DNA of 64,000 nucleotides from Camelus dromedarius (GCF_036321535.1 NC_087436.1:37450001-37514000); one strand, 5' to 3'. Counted from the stretch's first letter, positions 25,201-37,559 are shown. The notes: generated by a model from the sequence alone, not told the origin. Made by a program: numbers and translations.

Positions 25201-27897
25201 TCTACCAAACATACAAGAAGAACTCATTACCAGTCCTTCTCAAACTCTTCCAGAAAACTGAAAAGGAGGAAATACTCCCAAACTCATTCTATGAAGCCAC
25301 CATCACCCTGATACCAAAACCAGGCAAAGACACTACAAAAAAAGAGAATTATAGGACAATATCACTGATGAACATAGACGCCAAAATCCTCACAAAAATA
25401 TTAGCAAACAGAATCCAACAACACATAAAAAAGATGACACATTATGACCAAGTGGGGTTCATCCCAGGGACACAAGGGTGGTTCAACATATGCAAGTCAA
25501 TCAATGTAATACATCACATCAACAAGAGAAAGGACAAAAACCACATGATCATCTCAATAGATGCAAAAAAAGCATTTGATAAAATTCAACACCCATTTAT
25601 GATAAAAACTCTCACCAAAGTGGGTATAGAGGGAACATATATCAACATAATAAAAGCTATATATGACAAACCTACTGCCAGCATAGTATTCAATGGTAAA
25701 AAACTCAAAAGCTTCCCACTAAAATCTGCGACAAGACAAGGATGCCCACTATCACCACTCCTATTCAACATAGTCCTGGAAGTCCTAGCCACAGCAATCA
25801 GGCAAGATAGAGAAATAAAAGGGATCCAAATTGGAAAAGAAGAGGTAAAAGTGTCACTATATGCCAACGACATGTTACTATATGTAGAAAACCCTAAAAG
25901 GTCCACACAAAAACTACTAGAGCTGATCGAAGAATTCAGCAAGGTAGCAGGTTACAAGATTAACGTTCAAAAATCAGTTGCATTTCTTTACACTAACAAG
26001 GAATCAACAGAAAAAGAAAGTAAAGAAACAATCCCCTTTAAAATAGCACCCAAAGTAATAAAATACCTAGGAATAAATCTAACCAAGGAGGTGAAAGAAT
26101 TATATAAAGAAAACTATAAACCATTGATGAAGGAAATTAAAGAAGACTTTAAAAAATGGAAAGATACCCCATGCTCTTGGATTGGAAGAATCAATATTGT
26201 TAAAATGGTCACACTGCCCAAGGCAATCTACAGATTTCATGCAATCCCTATCAAATTACCCAGGACATATTTCACAAAACTAGAACAAATCATAATCAAA
26301 TTTATATGGAACCATCAAAGACCTAGAATTGCCAAAGCAGTACTGAAGAGAAAGAAAGAGGCTGGAGGAATAACTCTCCCAGACTTCAGACAATACTATA
26401 GAGCTACAGCCATCAAGACAGCATGGTATTGGTACAAAAACAGACATACAGACCAATGGAACAGAATAGAGAGCCCAAAAATGAACCCACAAGCTTTTGG
26501 TCAACTAATCTTCGACAAAGGAGGCAAGAATATACAATGGAATAAAGACAGTCTCTTCAGCAAATGGTGCTGGGAAAACTAGACAGCAGTATGTAAAGCA
26601 ATGAAGCTAGAACACTCCCTTACATCGTACACAAAAATCAACTCAAAATGGATCAAAGACTTAAACATAAAACAAGATACAGTAAACCTCCTAGAAGAAA
26701 ATATAGGCAAAACATTATCAGACATACATCTCAAAAATGTTCTCCTAGAGCAGTCTACTCAAGCAATAGAAATAAAAGCAAGAATAAACAAATGGGACCT
26801 AATGAAACTTACTAGCTTCTGCACAGCAAAGGAAACCATAAGTAAAACAAAAAGACAACCTATGGAATGAGAGAAAATTTTTGCAAATGAAACCGACAAA
26901 GGCTTGATCTCCAGAATATATAAGCAGCTCATACGACTTAATAAGAAACAACCAAATAACCCAATCCAAAAATGGGCAAAAGACCTAAACAAGCAATTCT
27001 CCAAGGAAGACATACAAATGATCAATAGGCACATGAAAAAATGCTCAATATCACTAATTATCAGAGAAATGCAAATCAGAACTACAATGAGGTATCTATC
27101 ACCTCACACCAGTCAGAATGGCCATCTTTCAAAAATCCACAAATGACAAATGCTGGAGAGGCTGTGGAGAAAGGGGAACCCTCCTTCACTGCTGGTGGGA
27201 ATGCAGTTCAGTGCAGCCACTGTGGAAAACAGTAAGGAGATTCCTCAAAAGACTAGGAATAGACTTACCATACGACCCAGGAATCCCGCTCCTGGGCTTA
27301 TATCCAGAAGGAACCCTATTTCAAAATGACACCTGCACCCCAATGTTCATAGCAGCACTATTTACAACAGCCAAGATATGGAGACAGCCTAAATGTCCAT
27401 CAACAGATGACTGGATAACAAGAAATGGTATATTTATGCAATGGAGTACTACTCAGCCATAAAAACCAACAACATAACACCGTTTGCAGCAACATGGATG
27501 CTCCCGGAGAATATCATTCTAAGTGAAGTAAGCCAGAAAGAGAAAAAAAAATACCATATGAGATCACTCATATGCAGAATCTAAAAAAAAAAAGACATAA
27601 ATACAAAACAGAAACAGACTCAAAGACATAGAATACAAACTTGTGGTTGCCAAGGGGGCGGGGGGGTGGGAAGGGACAGACTGGGATTTTAAAATGCAGA
27701 CTAGATAAACATTATAATGTATGGCACAGGGAAATATATACAAGATCTTGTGGTAGCTCATGGCGAAAAAAAAAATGTGACAATGAATATATACATGTTC
27801 ATGTATAGCTGAAAAATTGCGCTGTACACTAGAATTTGACACAACATTGTAAAATGACTACTACTCAATTTAAAAAATGTAAAAAAAAAAAAAAAAA
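22233..27897 (+). mobile_element. L1-D: youngest near-full-length LINE-1 (inactive)
   Basis: CpG-retaining 5' end ggccaagatggcggggtagaagg, ORF1 lacking its N-terminus, ORF2 from ATG 23787 with a 511-aa open RT segment, [18 protein letters not shown] motif, 3' UTR and poly(A). Confidence 0.95.
23787..27584 (+). pseudogene. L1-D ORF2 (APE endonuclease - reverse transcriptase - Cys-rich domain), disrupted
   Basis: ORF pieces 23839-24138, 24303-24737, 25047-26582 ([24 protein letters not shown]), 26601-26870, 26904-27146 and 27118-27462, separated by stops or frameshifts. Confidence 0.93.
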
Positions 27898-28215
27898 CAA
27901 AAGCCAAAGTCATAAAAACAGAGAGTAAAATGGTAGTTACCAGGGGCTGGGTATGGGAGAACAGATGTTTAAGGGTACAAACCTGCAACAAGTAGTTAAT
28001 GAGTCCTAGAGATCTAATACACTGCATCATAAATATAGACAATATTTTATAATAAGCAAACTTGGTAAGAGACTAAAAATTATTCTAACTATTAAAAAGA
28101 AATGATTATGAAAGAGGTGCTGATTATCACAATGAAAATCATATTACAATATATAATTGTCTCAACACATTGTACACCCTAAATTTACATAATAATATGT
28201 CAAATATATTTCGAT
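27898..28215 (+). mobile_element. Older L1 3' UTR, probably the tail of L1-C
   Basis: agagagtaaaatggtagttaccaggggctggg...cattgtacaccctaaatttacataataatatgtcaaat, an L1MA-type 3' end. Confidence 0.7.
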
Positions 28216-28499
28216 TACAACATACAAAAGAAGTGAAAATTCCCTACACTCTTTGTCTACACCAAGGCTTTAAGACTTATCACTGTCAGTTATTTGATGC
28301 CTACCAGAATTTCCTACTTCTCCTACTTTGTTCTTTTGTTACCCCCATTAACTGGCACCATACCATATATTTGAGTTTGATAGCTTTATATCACTGACAT
28401 TGTTCTCAACATGAAGGAGTCTATCTTATTATTTTTAATAGCTTGCAGAGTATCCCTGTATTTTATGATTTCTTTATTGACAGATGTGTAAGGTGCTTT

Positions 28500-29442
28500 C
28501 TAGGTTTTTTCTGTCACAGTCAACGGTGATTGTTACAGACACCCTGGTTGGTGGGGCTTACCCTCAGTCCAGCTGTCTATGCAGCCTGGCCATGACTGCT
28601 GTGGGTAGTTTTGCGTGCATGAACTGGCTCTCTGCAGTGGGAGCTACTTTGGAGGGGTACTGGTTCTGGCAGTCTTCCCAGTGGGTGGGGCTGAAGCTGC
28701 TTTGGAGGGCCCAGCAGAGCCCATGTATTGAGCATGTCTGGCCTTCAGGAAAATGCTGGGGCAGGATGCATGGTATTAGCTAAACTGATGGAGAGTAACA
28801 GAAACAGGGACTACTAGCACCAGGCCAGTTAGTTGAAAGAGTAAGAACAAAAAAATAGTGCCAAAAAAAAAAAAAAAATAGTGCCCACCACTATCATCCC
28901 CAGAAAAAGTTCCACCAGATCTCTGCCCCTCCAGTACATACCCTAAAATTAGTTAGAGAATTTTCTCTACGACCCAGCGGTTTTCAAGCTTCTGCCTCTG
29001 CACTGAGACTCAGAGCAAGTATGTGCACAAGGATTTTAAGAGCAAAGTCTTGGTTTCCCACAGCCCTTCCACTCTCCCAAATGTAAGCCCCACTGGTTTC
29101 CAAAACCAGACATCATAGAGGCTCACTTTCCCATGAAGGTACCTCAAATTGGGGATCCTGATATGGAACTCAGACTCCTTGCTCCTCAAGTGGCTCTCCA
29201 TTGTTGTGACATGTCTCCCACTTGTGGGCTGTTGCACTGGAATGTGGTTTCTGACTAGACCACATCTCTGCCCCTCCTACCCATCTTGATGTAATCTTTC
29301 CTTTATATGCTCAGTTGAACAAAATCTGCTCTCCTAGACTTCAGGTTATTCTCAGAGAGAGCTGTTCTCTATGTAGCTGTAGTTTCAGTGTGTCTGTGGG
29401 AGGAGTTAAGTTCTGGATCTTCTTATTCTGCCATCCTGATCT
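28500..29442 (-). mobile_element. Isolated LINE-1 5' UTR fragment, antisense
   Basis: The reverse complement begins caggatggcagaataagaagatccagaacttaactcctcccacagacacac and is homologous to the first ~500 nt of the L1-C and L1-E 5' UTRs. Confidence 0.8.
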
Positions 29443-32400
29443 AGTGGCTACAACTTTAAGTCAAGGTAGAAGCAAATTTTATGACCTGAAGTTTTGTTTC
29501 CTACCAGAGAAATCAGGTTGTTCTGATAGAGGAAAACCATACCTTATTCACCAGACCATGCAAATTGCTGTATAAATTGTGTTAGTAGTGTTCACTGCCA
29601 GGGAGACTGGCTGGTTCTGATAAGGGTTTAGGTGGGTACCTCAAAATAGAAGATGAAAGAAAGGAAAGTTGAAAGAGGAAGCAGAGTGTTTACAGAGTTC
29701 TTAAGACTGTCAGCCACAAAGGGACCTCATTAGCATTCTTAGTGGGTGGAGGTCTCTAAGGCAAAGGATTAAGTACTAGACACTGAGAAAATCTACAAAA
29801 TTAGGAAAGTAACAGGAATAGCAGGAATACATTTTACTATAATAGAAATTTAAATACTTTCATTTTCCTCTGTTCACCTGGTTACTCCTTTCTACTAAAA
29901 AGGAGGTCAAAAGTGTGGTGATTTTGTTGTATGTGTATGCGCATGAATGTGTACACACACAACTTGGTCATGCCTTGACTGTCCAAACTAGATATTAAGA
30001 AAGTTGAATTTTTCTACTGATAATATGTGATCATCTTGGAGATCTCCTGGCCTGAACACAGAACAATTCAATGACATATCTTAGTGAGGGCAAAACCATG
30101 AGGGGACTCTGACTTGTCTGCTTAACTAAACCCACCCAACTCCATTTTCTCCACTGAGTAAGACAGATAACTGATTCAGTCTGCTGGATGAACTATTTGC
30201 TTATTTGGCAAGCTTGAAGAATGGTTGAGTTAATATTCTTTATTTAATTGGATTATAAATAATAAATTGTAAATTGTAATAAAATTATTCAAACTTTATT
30301 TAAAAGTATACTGCTCAAAGTGAAAGCTTTTCTTTGCTTCTTACCACATCTGAGTAGTAATTGCCAAGTTTTATATAAAGAAATTAGATTTAGAATACAA
30401 ATTTTAAAGCAGTAATTTAAAATTTAAACAAAAATATGTTGCAGACATAACTCTGAGAAAAGTGTTTAAAAATCTGTAAATTAACTTTGTGTTTTGTGAG
30501 TACAAAAATCAACTTTAAAAACAAGTATATTGGAGAGATCAGTCAAAATGACAGAACAGAAAGACCCTGAGCTCATTTCCTCTCATGAGCACACCAAAAT
30601 CACAATGATTTGCAGAACAATCATCAATGAAAAAGATGATGAAAAAGAATCTACCAGAAAAGATTTCATGCAACTAAAGACATAAAGAAGGAACCACAAT
30701 GAGATGGGTAGGAGAGGCAGACTTGCAATACAGTCAAGTCCCATCCTCCTGGGTGGGTGACCCACAAACTGGAGAATTATTACATTGCACGGGTTCTCCC
30801 AAAGAAGTGATAAATGGGACTCCCCACTTTGGGCTCCCCAGCCCTGGGATCCTGCACCAAGAAGACAAGCCCCTAGAACATTTCTTTGAAGGACAACAGG
30901 GCCTAATTTGGGGAGTCTCAGAGGACTGGGGAAAATAGAGACTTTACTCTTAAAAGGATGCACAAAAAAAATCTCACATGCTCTGAGACAGATGGCAAAA
31001 GCAGTAATTTGATAGGAACCTAGGCCAGACCTATTTGCTGCTCTTGGAGAGTCTCCCAGAGAAGCAGAAGGCAACTGAAGCTCACCCTGGGCACACAGAC
31101 ACTGGTGACAGCCATTCATGGGAGCTCCTTCAGCCACATGGACACAGGTGTTGGTGGGTGTCATTCTGGAATCCTCCATCTAACTTACTAGTCCCAGGAC
31201 CCAGCCCTGCCTTGGACCAAAAAACTGTAGGTGCCAGTGCTGAGATACCTCAGGCCAAACAACTAATTAAGTGGGCACACAGCCCCATTCATCAGCAGAC
31301 AGGCTGCCTTAAGACCCTCTAAGTCCTCAGCTACTATGGACACAGCCCTACCTACCAGAGGGCCCAAGACACAGCTCTACCCACCCATTGGCAGGCACTA
31401 GGCTCAATTCCCCAGGCCCTAACACCTCCTCCTAAGAAGCCAGCTCTAGCCTCTGAACCATCCTTACCCACTGAGGGCAGACACCAGACACAAGAAAACC
31501 ACAATGCTGCAGCCTGCAGACCCAGCCTGCCCACCAGCAGCCAGGCCCTTCCCTGAGACCAACTGGGTCACAGTCCTGCCCACTAGCAGTCCAACAAAAG
31601 CTTCAGGACAGCCTGGACCCCATACTCAACTATGTCAGGAAGGAGCACTCCCCCTCTCCCAGTAGCAATCTGATGCTACCTATAGGACTCCTGGGATCTG
31701 CAGCTAGATGCCAAGACACAGCTCTGCCTGCCAATACTCCAGGACATAGTTTCATCCACTAATGGGTGGGAAACAGCTGTGAAGTCTTCTGGATCTTGAC
31801 TCTGAGACAGCACTAGCCCTGGGGCCCCTGAAGTTCTGCAGCCAGCTGCCTTGTGACCCAGCCGGCAGCCAGTAGCCTCCACACAAGGCAAAGTCTGGCA
31901 ACCAACCAGACTAGGAGCCAACCAAGCCTACCAGAATGCCCACGTAGCCCACCACAACAGAAAGAGCCAAGCAGTCCTCATTGGTGAAATCCCTAGAGCA
32001 CATAGCTTGGGCGACCGGAGGGGAGTGTGCTGCAAAAGGCCATTTCTCCAAGGTCAAAAAGTGTAACTAACCTACCAAATACATAAAAATAAGTAGCAAT
32101 TTAGGCAAAATGAGGTGACAGAGGAACATGTTCCAGAAGAAGGAACAAGATAAAACCCCAGAAGAAGAACTAAGTGGAGACAGGCAATCTACCCAAAAAA
32201 AGAGTTCAGGGTAGTGATGGTAAAGATGATCAAAGAACCCAGGAGAAGAATGGGTGCACAGAATGAGAAGTTAGAAATTTTCAACAAAGAGTTAGAAAAT
32301 ACAGAACAACTACCAAACAGAGATAAAGAATAACAAATGAAAAATACACTAGAAGGAATCAACAGTAGACAAAATGATCCATGGGAATGGATCAATGAGC

Positions 32401-33177
32401 TGGCACTCATTACAATCACTGATGCGTAACAGAAAAAAGAAGAAAGAATGAAAAGAAATCAGGATACTTTGAGAGAATTCTGAAACAACATCAAGCACAC
32501 TAATATTCATAGTATAGGGGTCCCAGGAGAAGAGAGAAAGGGGCTGAGGACATATTTGGAAACCCAACAGCTGGAAATTTCCCTAACCTGCAAACGGAAA
32601 CAGTCACTCAAGGCCAGGAACTAGAGTCCCAAACAGAATGAACCCAAAGAAGACCACACAAAGAGACACTGTAATTAAAATGGCAAAAATTAAAGACAAA
32701 GAGAATATTAAAAGCAGTAAGGGAAAAGCAACTAATAACATACAAGGAAACTTCCATAAGGCGATCAGCTAAGTTTTCAGCAGAAACTCTGAAGGCCAGA
32801 AGGGAGGGGCATGATACATTTAAAGTAATGAAGGGGAAAACCTACAACCAAGAATCTCTACCCAGCAAGGCTTTCATTCACATTTGATAGAGAGATCAAA
32901 AGCTTTATAGACAAGCATTAAAATTATAAAATGAAAAAGGTCATCAGTAAGGGCAAACATACAACAAAGTTAGTAAATCATCCACACACAAAGTTAGTTG
33001 GAAGATTATAAGACAAAAGTAGTAGAACCATCTGTATCTACAAAGCAAGTAAGGGATATACAGAACAATTAGATATTAAACATGGTATCAAAAACAGTAA
33101 TTTTTGAGGTGAGGAAAGTACAAATGCAAGGTTCGTAAAAATGCATTTGAAATAAAGAGATCAGAAACTTAAATCAA

Positions 33178-33215
33178 TTATATATATATGTATGTGTGTG
33201 TGTATATATATATAC
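33178..33215. repeat. (TA)n/(TG)n microsatellite in the L1-E inter-ORF region
   Basis: tatatatatatgtatgtgtgtgtgtatatatatata. Confidence 0.85.
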
Positions 33216-34261
33216 AGCTATATAAAAACCTCATAGTAACCACAAATCAAAAATCTACAATGGATACATATAACAAGAAGAAAAATAAATCTAAACATAA
33301 CACCAGATAGTCATCAAATCACAAGAGAAGAGATCAAAAGAAGGAAAAAAAAATCTACAAAAACAACCCCAAAACAATAAACAAATGGCAATAAGAATCT
33401 ATTATTAATTACCTTAAATGTAAATAGTCTAAATGTTCCATAGAGTGAGTGAATGGATACAAAACCAAGGCCCAGATACATGCTACCTACAAGAAACTCA
33501 CTTCAGATCTAAAGTCACACACAGATTGAAAAATGAGATGGAAAAAGGTATTTCATGAAAATGGAAATCAAAAGAAAGCCAGGGTAGCAGTACTTTTATC
33601 AGACAAAACAGATGTTAAAATAAAGACTGTAACAGGATATAAAGAAAGACACTATATAATGATCAAGGGATCAATCCAAGAAGAATTACAATGTAAATGC
33701 ATATGCACCCAACATAAGAGCACCTAAATACATAAAGCAAATCTTGACAGACATAAATGGAGAAATTGACAATAACACAATAATGGTAGGGGGCTTTAAA
33801 ACCTGACTTACACCAATGGGCAGATGATCCAGACAGAAAATCAATAAGGAAACACTAGCCTTAAATGACATAGCAGGTCAAATGGACTTAATTGATATAT
33901 ATAGAGAGAGCCCTCTGTCCGAGAGCAGCAAAATATGTATTCTTTTCAAGTGCACATGGAACATTCTCCAGGACAGATTACATGCTAGGCCATAAAATAA
34001 GCCTTGGTAAATTTAAGAAAATTGAAATCTTATCAATCATCTTTTTTCACCACAATGCTATGAGAATAGAAATCTACTACAAGAATAAAACTGCATAAAA
34101 CACAAACATGTGGAGGCTAAACAATATGCTACTAACCAACCAATGGAACACTGAAGAAATCAAAAAGGAAATTAAAAAATACCTATAGACAAATGAAAAT
34201 GAAAACACAATGATCCAAGACCTCCAGGACACAGCAAAATCATTTCTAAGAGGGAAGTTTG

Positions 34262-35646
34262 ACAATGGAATAGACAGTCTCTTCAGCAAATGGTGTTGGG
34301 AAAACTGGACAGCAGAATGTAAAGCAATGAGGCTAGAACACTCCCTTACACCGTACACAAAAATCAACTCAAAATGGATCAAAGACTTAAACATTAAAAC
34401 AAGATACAATAAACCTCCTAGAAGAAAATATAGGCAAAACGTTATCTGACATACATCTCAAAAATGTTCTCCTAGGGCAGTCTACCCAAGCAATAGAAAT
34501 AAAAGCAAGAATAAACAAATGGGACCTAATGAAACTTGTAAGCTTCTGCACAGCAAAGGGCACCATAAGTAAAACAAAAAGACAACCTATGGAATGGGAG
34601 AAAATTTTTGCAAATGATGAAACCTACAAAGGCTTGATCTCCAGAATATATAAGCAGCTCATACGACTTAAGAAAAAAATAAACAACCCAATCCAAAAAT
34701 GGGCAGAAGACCTTAACAAGCAATCCTCCAAGGAAGACATACAAATGATCAATAGGCACATGAAAAAATGTCAGTATCACTAATTATCAGAGAAATGCAA
34801 ATCAAAACTACAATGAGGTATCTATCACCTCACACCAGTCAGAATGGCCGTCTTTCAAAAATCCACAAATGACAAATGCTAGAGAGGCTGTGGAGAAAAG
34901 GGAACCCTCCTACACTGCTGGTGGGAATGCAGTATGGTGCAGCCATTGGGGAAAACAGTATGGAGATTCCTCAAAAGACTAGGAATAGACTTACCATACG
35001 ACCCAGGAATCCCATTCCTGGGCATATGTCCAGAAGGAACCCTACTTCAAAATGACACCTGCACCCCAATGTTCATAGCAGCACTATTTACAATAGCCAA
35101 GGCATGGAAACAGCCTAAATGTTCATCGACAGATGACTGGATAAAGGAGAAGTGGTATATTTATACAATGGAATACTATTCGGCCATCAAAAATGACAAC
35201 ATAACTTCATTTGCAGAAACATGGATGTTCCTGGAGAATGTCATTCTAAGTGAAGTAAGCCAGAAAGAGAAAGAAAAATACCATATGAGATCGCTCATAT
35301 GTGGAATCTTTAAAAAAAAAAAAAAGACATAAATACAAAACGGAAATAGACTCACAGACATAGAATACAAACTTGTGGTTGCCAAGGGGGTGGGGGGTGG
35401 GAAGGGACAGACTGGAATTTCAAAATTTGTAGGTACTGACAGTCATATGCAGAATAGATAAACAAGATTATACTGTATAGCACAGGGAAATATATACAAC
35501 ATCTTGCGGTAGCTCACAGCAAAAAAAAAAAAATGTGACAATGAATATATGTATGTTCGTGTATAACTGAAAAATTGTGCCCTACATTGGAATTTGACAC
35601 AACATTGTAAAATGATTATAATTCAATAAAGAATTTTTTTTAAAAA
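34262..35646 (+). mobile_element. L1-F: 5'-truncated young LINE-1 (about 1.4 kb) nested in L1-E
   Basis: Closely similar to L1-D 26533-27897. 14-bp TSD aagagggaagtttg (34248-61) / aagaggaaagtttg (35647-60) at an endonuclease-like ttct/aaga site. Confidence 0.95.
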
Positions 35647-37559
35647 AAGAGGAAAGTTTGTAGCAATATAAGCTTACCTCAGGAAACAAGAAAAATCTTA
35701 AATCAACAATGTAACTTTATATCTAAAGGAACTAGAGAAAAAGGAACAAATAAAACCCAAAGTTAAGAGGAGATAAGAATTAATAACGTTAAAATGACCA
35801 TACTACCCAAGGCAATCTACAGATTCAACGCAATCCCTATCAAGCTACCAATGGCATGTTTCACAGAACTGGAACAAAAAAAAATACACAGATTCGATGT
35901 AATCCTTATCAAATTAACAATGGAATTGTCCACAGAACAGGTACAAAAAAAATTCTAATCCGTATGGAAACACAAAAGACCCTGCATAGCCAAAACAATC
36001 TTGAGAAAGAAAAGCGTAGCTGGAGGAATCATGCTCCATGACTTCAGACTATACTACAAAGCCACAGTAATCACAATAGTATGGTACTGGCACAAAAGCA
36101 GACACATAGATCAGTGGAACAGGATAGAAAGCCCAGAAATAAACCCATCCACTTATGGTCAATTAATCTATCAGAAAAAAAGGTAAGAACATACAAAGGA
36201 GAAAAGGCAGTCTTTTCAATTAGTGGTGTGGGGAAATCTGGACAGCTACTTGTAAATCAATGAAATTAGAACATTCTCCAATATCATACAAAAATAAACT
36301 CAAAATGTATTAAAGACCTATATGTAAAACCAGAAACCATAAAACTCCTAGAGGAGAGCACAGGCAGAACACTCTTTGACATAAATCATAGCAATATTTT
36401 TTTTGGATCGATCTCCTAAAGCAAAGGAATAAAAGCAAAAATGAACAAATGGGACTTAATTAAACTAAAAAGCTTTTACATAGCAAAGGAAACCATCAAT
36501 AAAATGAAAAGAAAATCTACTGAATGGGAGAAAATATTTGCAAATGATATGATCAATAAGGGGTAAATATTCAAAATATATAAACATTTCATACAACTCA
36601 TCAAAAAACCCCATCAAAAATGCTCAGAAGACATAAGCAGACATTTTAAGAAAGAAGATAAACTGATGGCCAACAAGGACCAAAAAAAAGATGCTCAACA
36701 TCATTTATCATCAGGGAAATGCAAGTCAAAACCACAGTGAGATACTGCCTCACATCTGTCAGAATGGCTATTATCAAAATGAACATAAATAAATGTTGGC
36801 GAGGATGTGGAGAAAAAGGAACAAGGGAACACTGTTGGTGGGAAAGTAAATTGGTGTACCCCTGTGGGAAACAGCATAGAGGTTTCTCAAAAAATTGAAA
36901 ATAGAACTACCATGTGACCCAGCAATTCTATTCCTGCATATATATCTGAAAAAAAAAGTAAACATTAATTTGAAAAGATACATACACCCCAGTGTTCACA
37001 GTAACATTATTTACAATTGCCAAAATATAGAAGCAAACCTAAGTGTCCATCACCAGATGAATGGATAAAGGCGATAGGGTATCATGCTACATGAAATAAA
37101 TCAGACAGAAAGACAAATACTATATGATATCACTTTTATGTGGAATCTAAAAAATACAACAAACTAGAGAATATAACAAAAAGGAGCAGAAGCACAGATG
37201 TAGAGAATAAACTAGTGGTTATCGGGGGGAGATGGAAGGGGGTGGGGTAATAGAAGGGTAGGGGATCAAGAGATAAAAACTATTATATATAACATAAGCT
37301 ACAAAGATAAATTGTACAACACAGGAAATATATCTAATATTTTATAGTAACTATTAATGAAGTATAACCTTTAAAAATTGTGAATCACCATATTGTATAC
37401 CTGTAACTCATATTTCAACTAGTATACATGAGCTATACTTCAATTTTAAAAAACCCCACAAATACAAAACCAAGTACTATCCATAAATATAGAAAGAAAC
37501 CAGCATTTGTACTTTGGGAATTCAAATAATGATGGTTGAAACTGGGAGAGGCACTTCAG

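Larger units (their letters stand above)
30532..37465 (+). mobile_element. L1-E: decayed LINE-1 with 5' UTR, internal deletion, and nested L1-F
   Basis: 5' UTR like L1-C, ORF1 from about 32110, ORF2 from about 33384, and 3' UTR ending gctatacttcaattttaaaaa. Possible degenerate TSD aaaaacaagtatat (30516) / aaaaccaagtactat (37466). Confidence 0.88.

Noticed and set aside
25047..26582. Active or domesticated reverse transcriptase gene, or a novel RT-based system
   Set aside because: Standard L1 ORF2 fragment with a mutated catalytic Asp, flanked by frameshifts and stops.
30583..31179. 198-aa antisense ORF in the L1-E 5' UTR (ORF0-like)
   Set aside because: Not maintained as the same continuous frame in the homologous L1-C UTR, and the element is heavily decayed.
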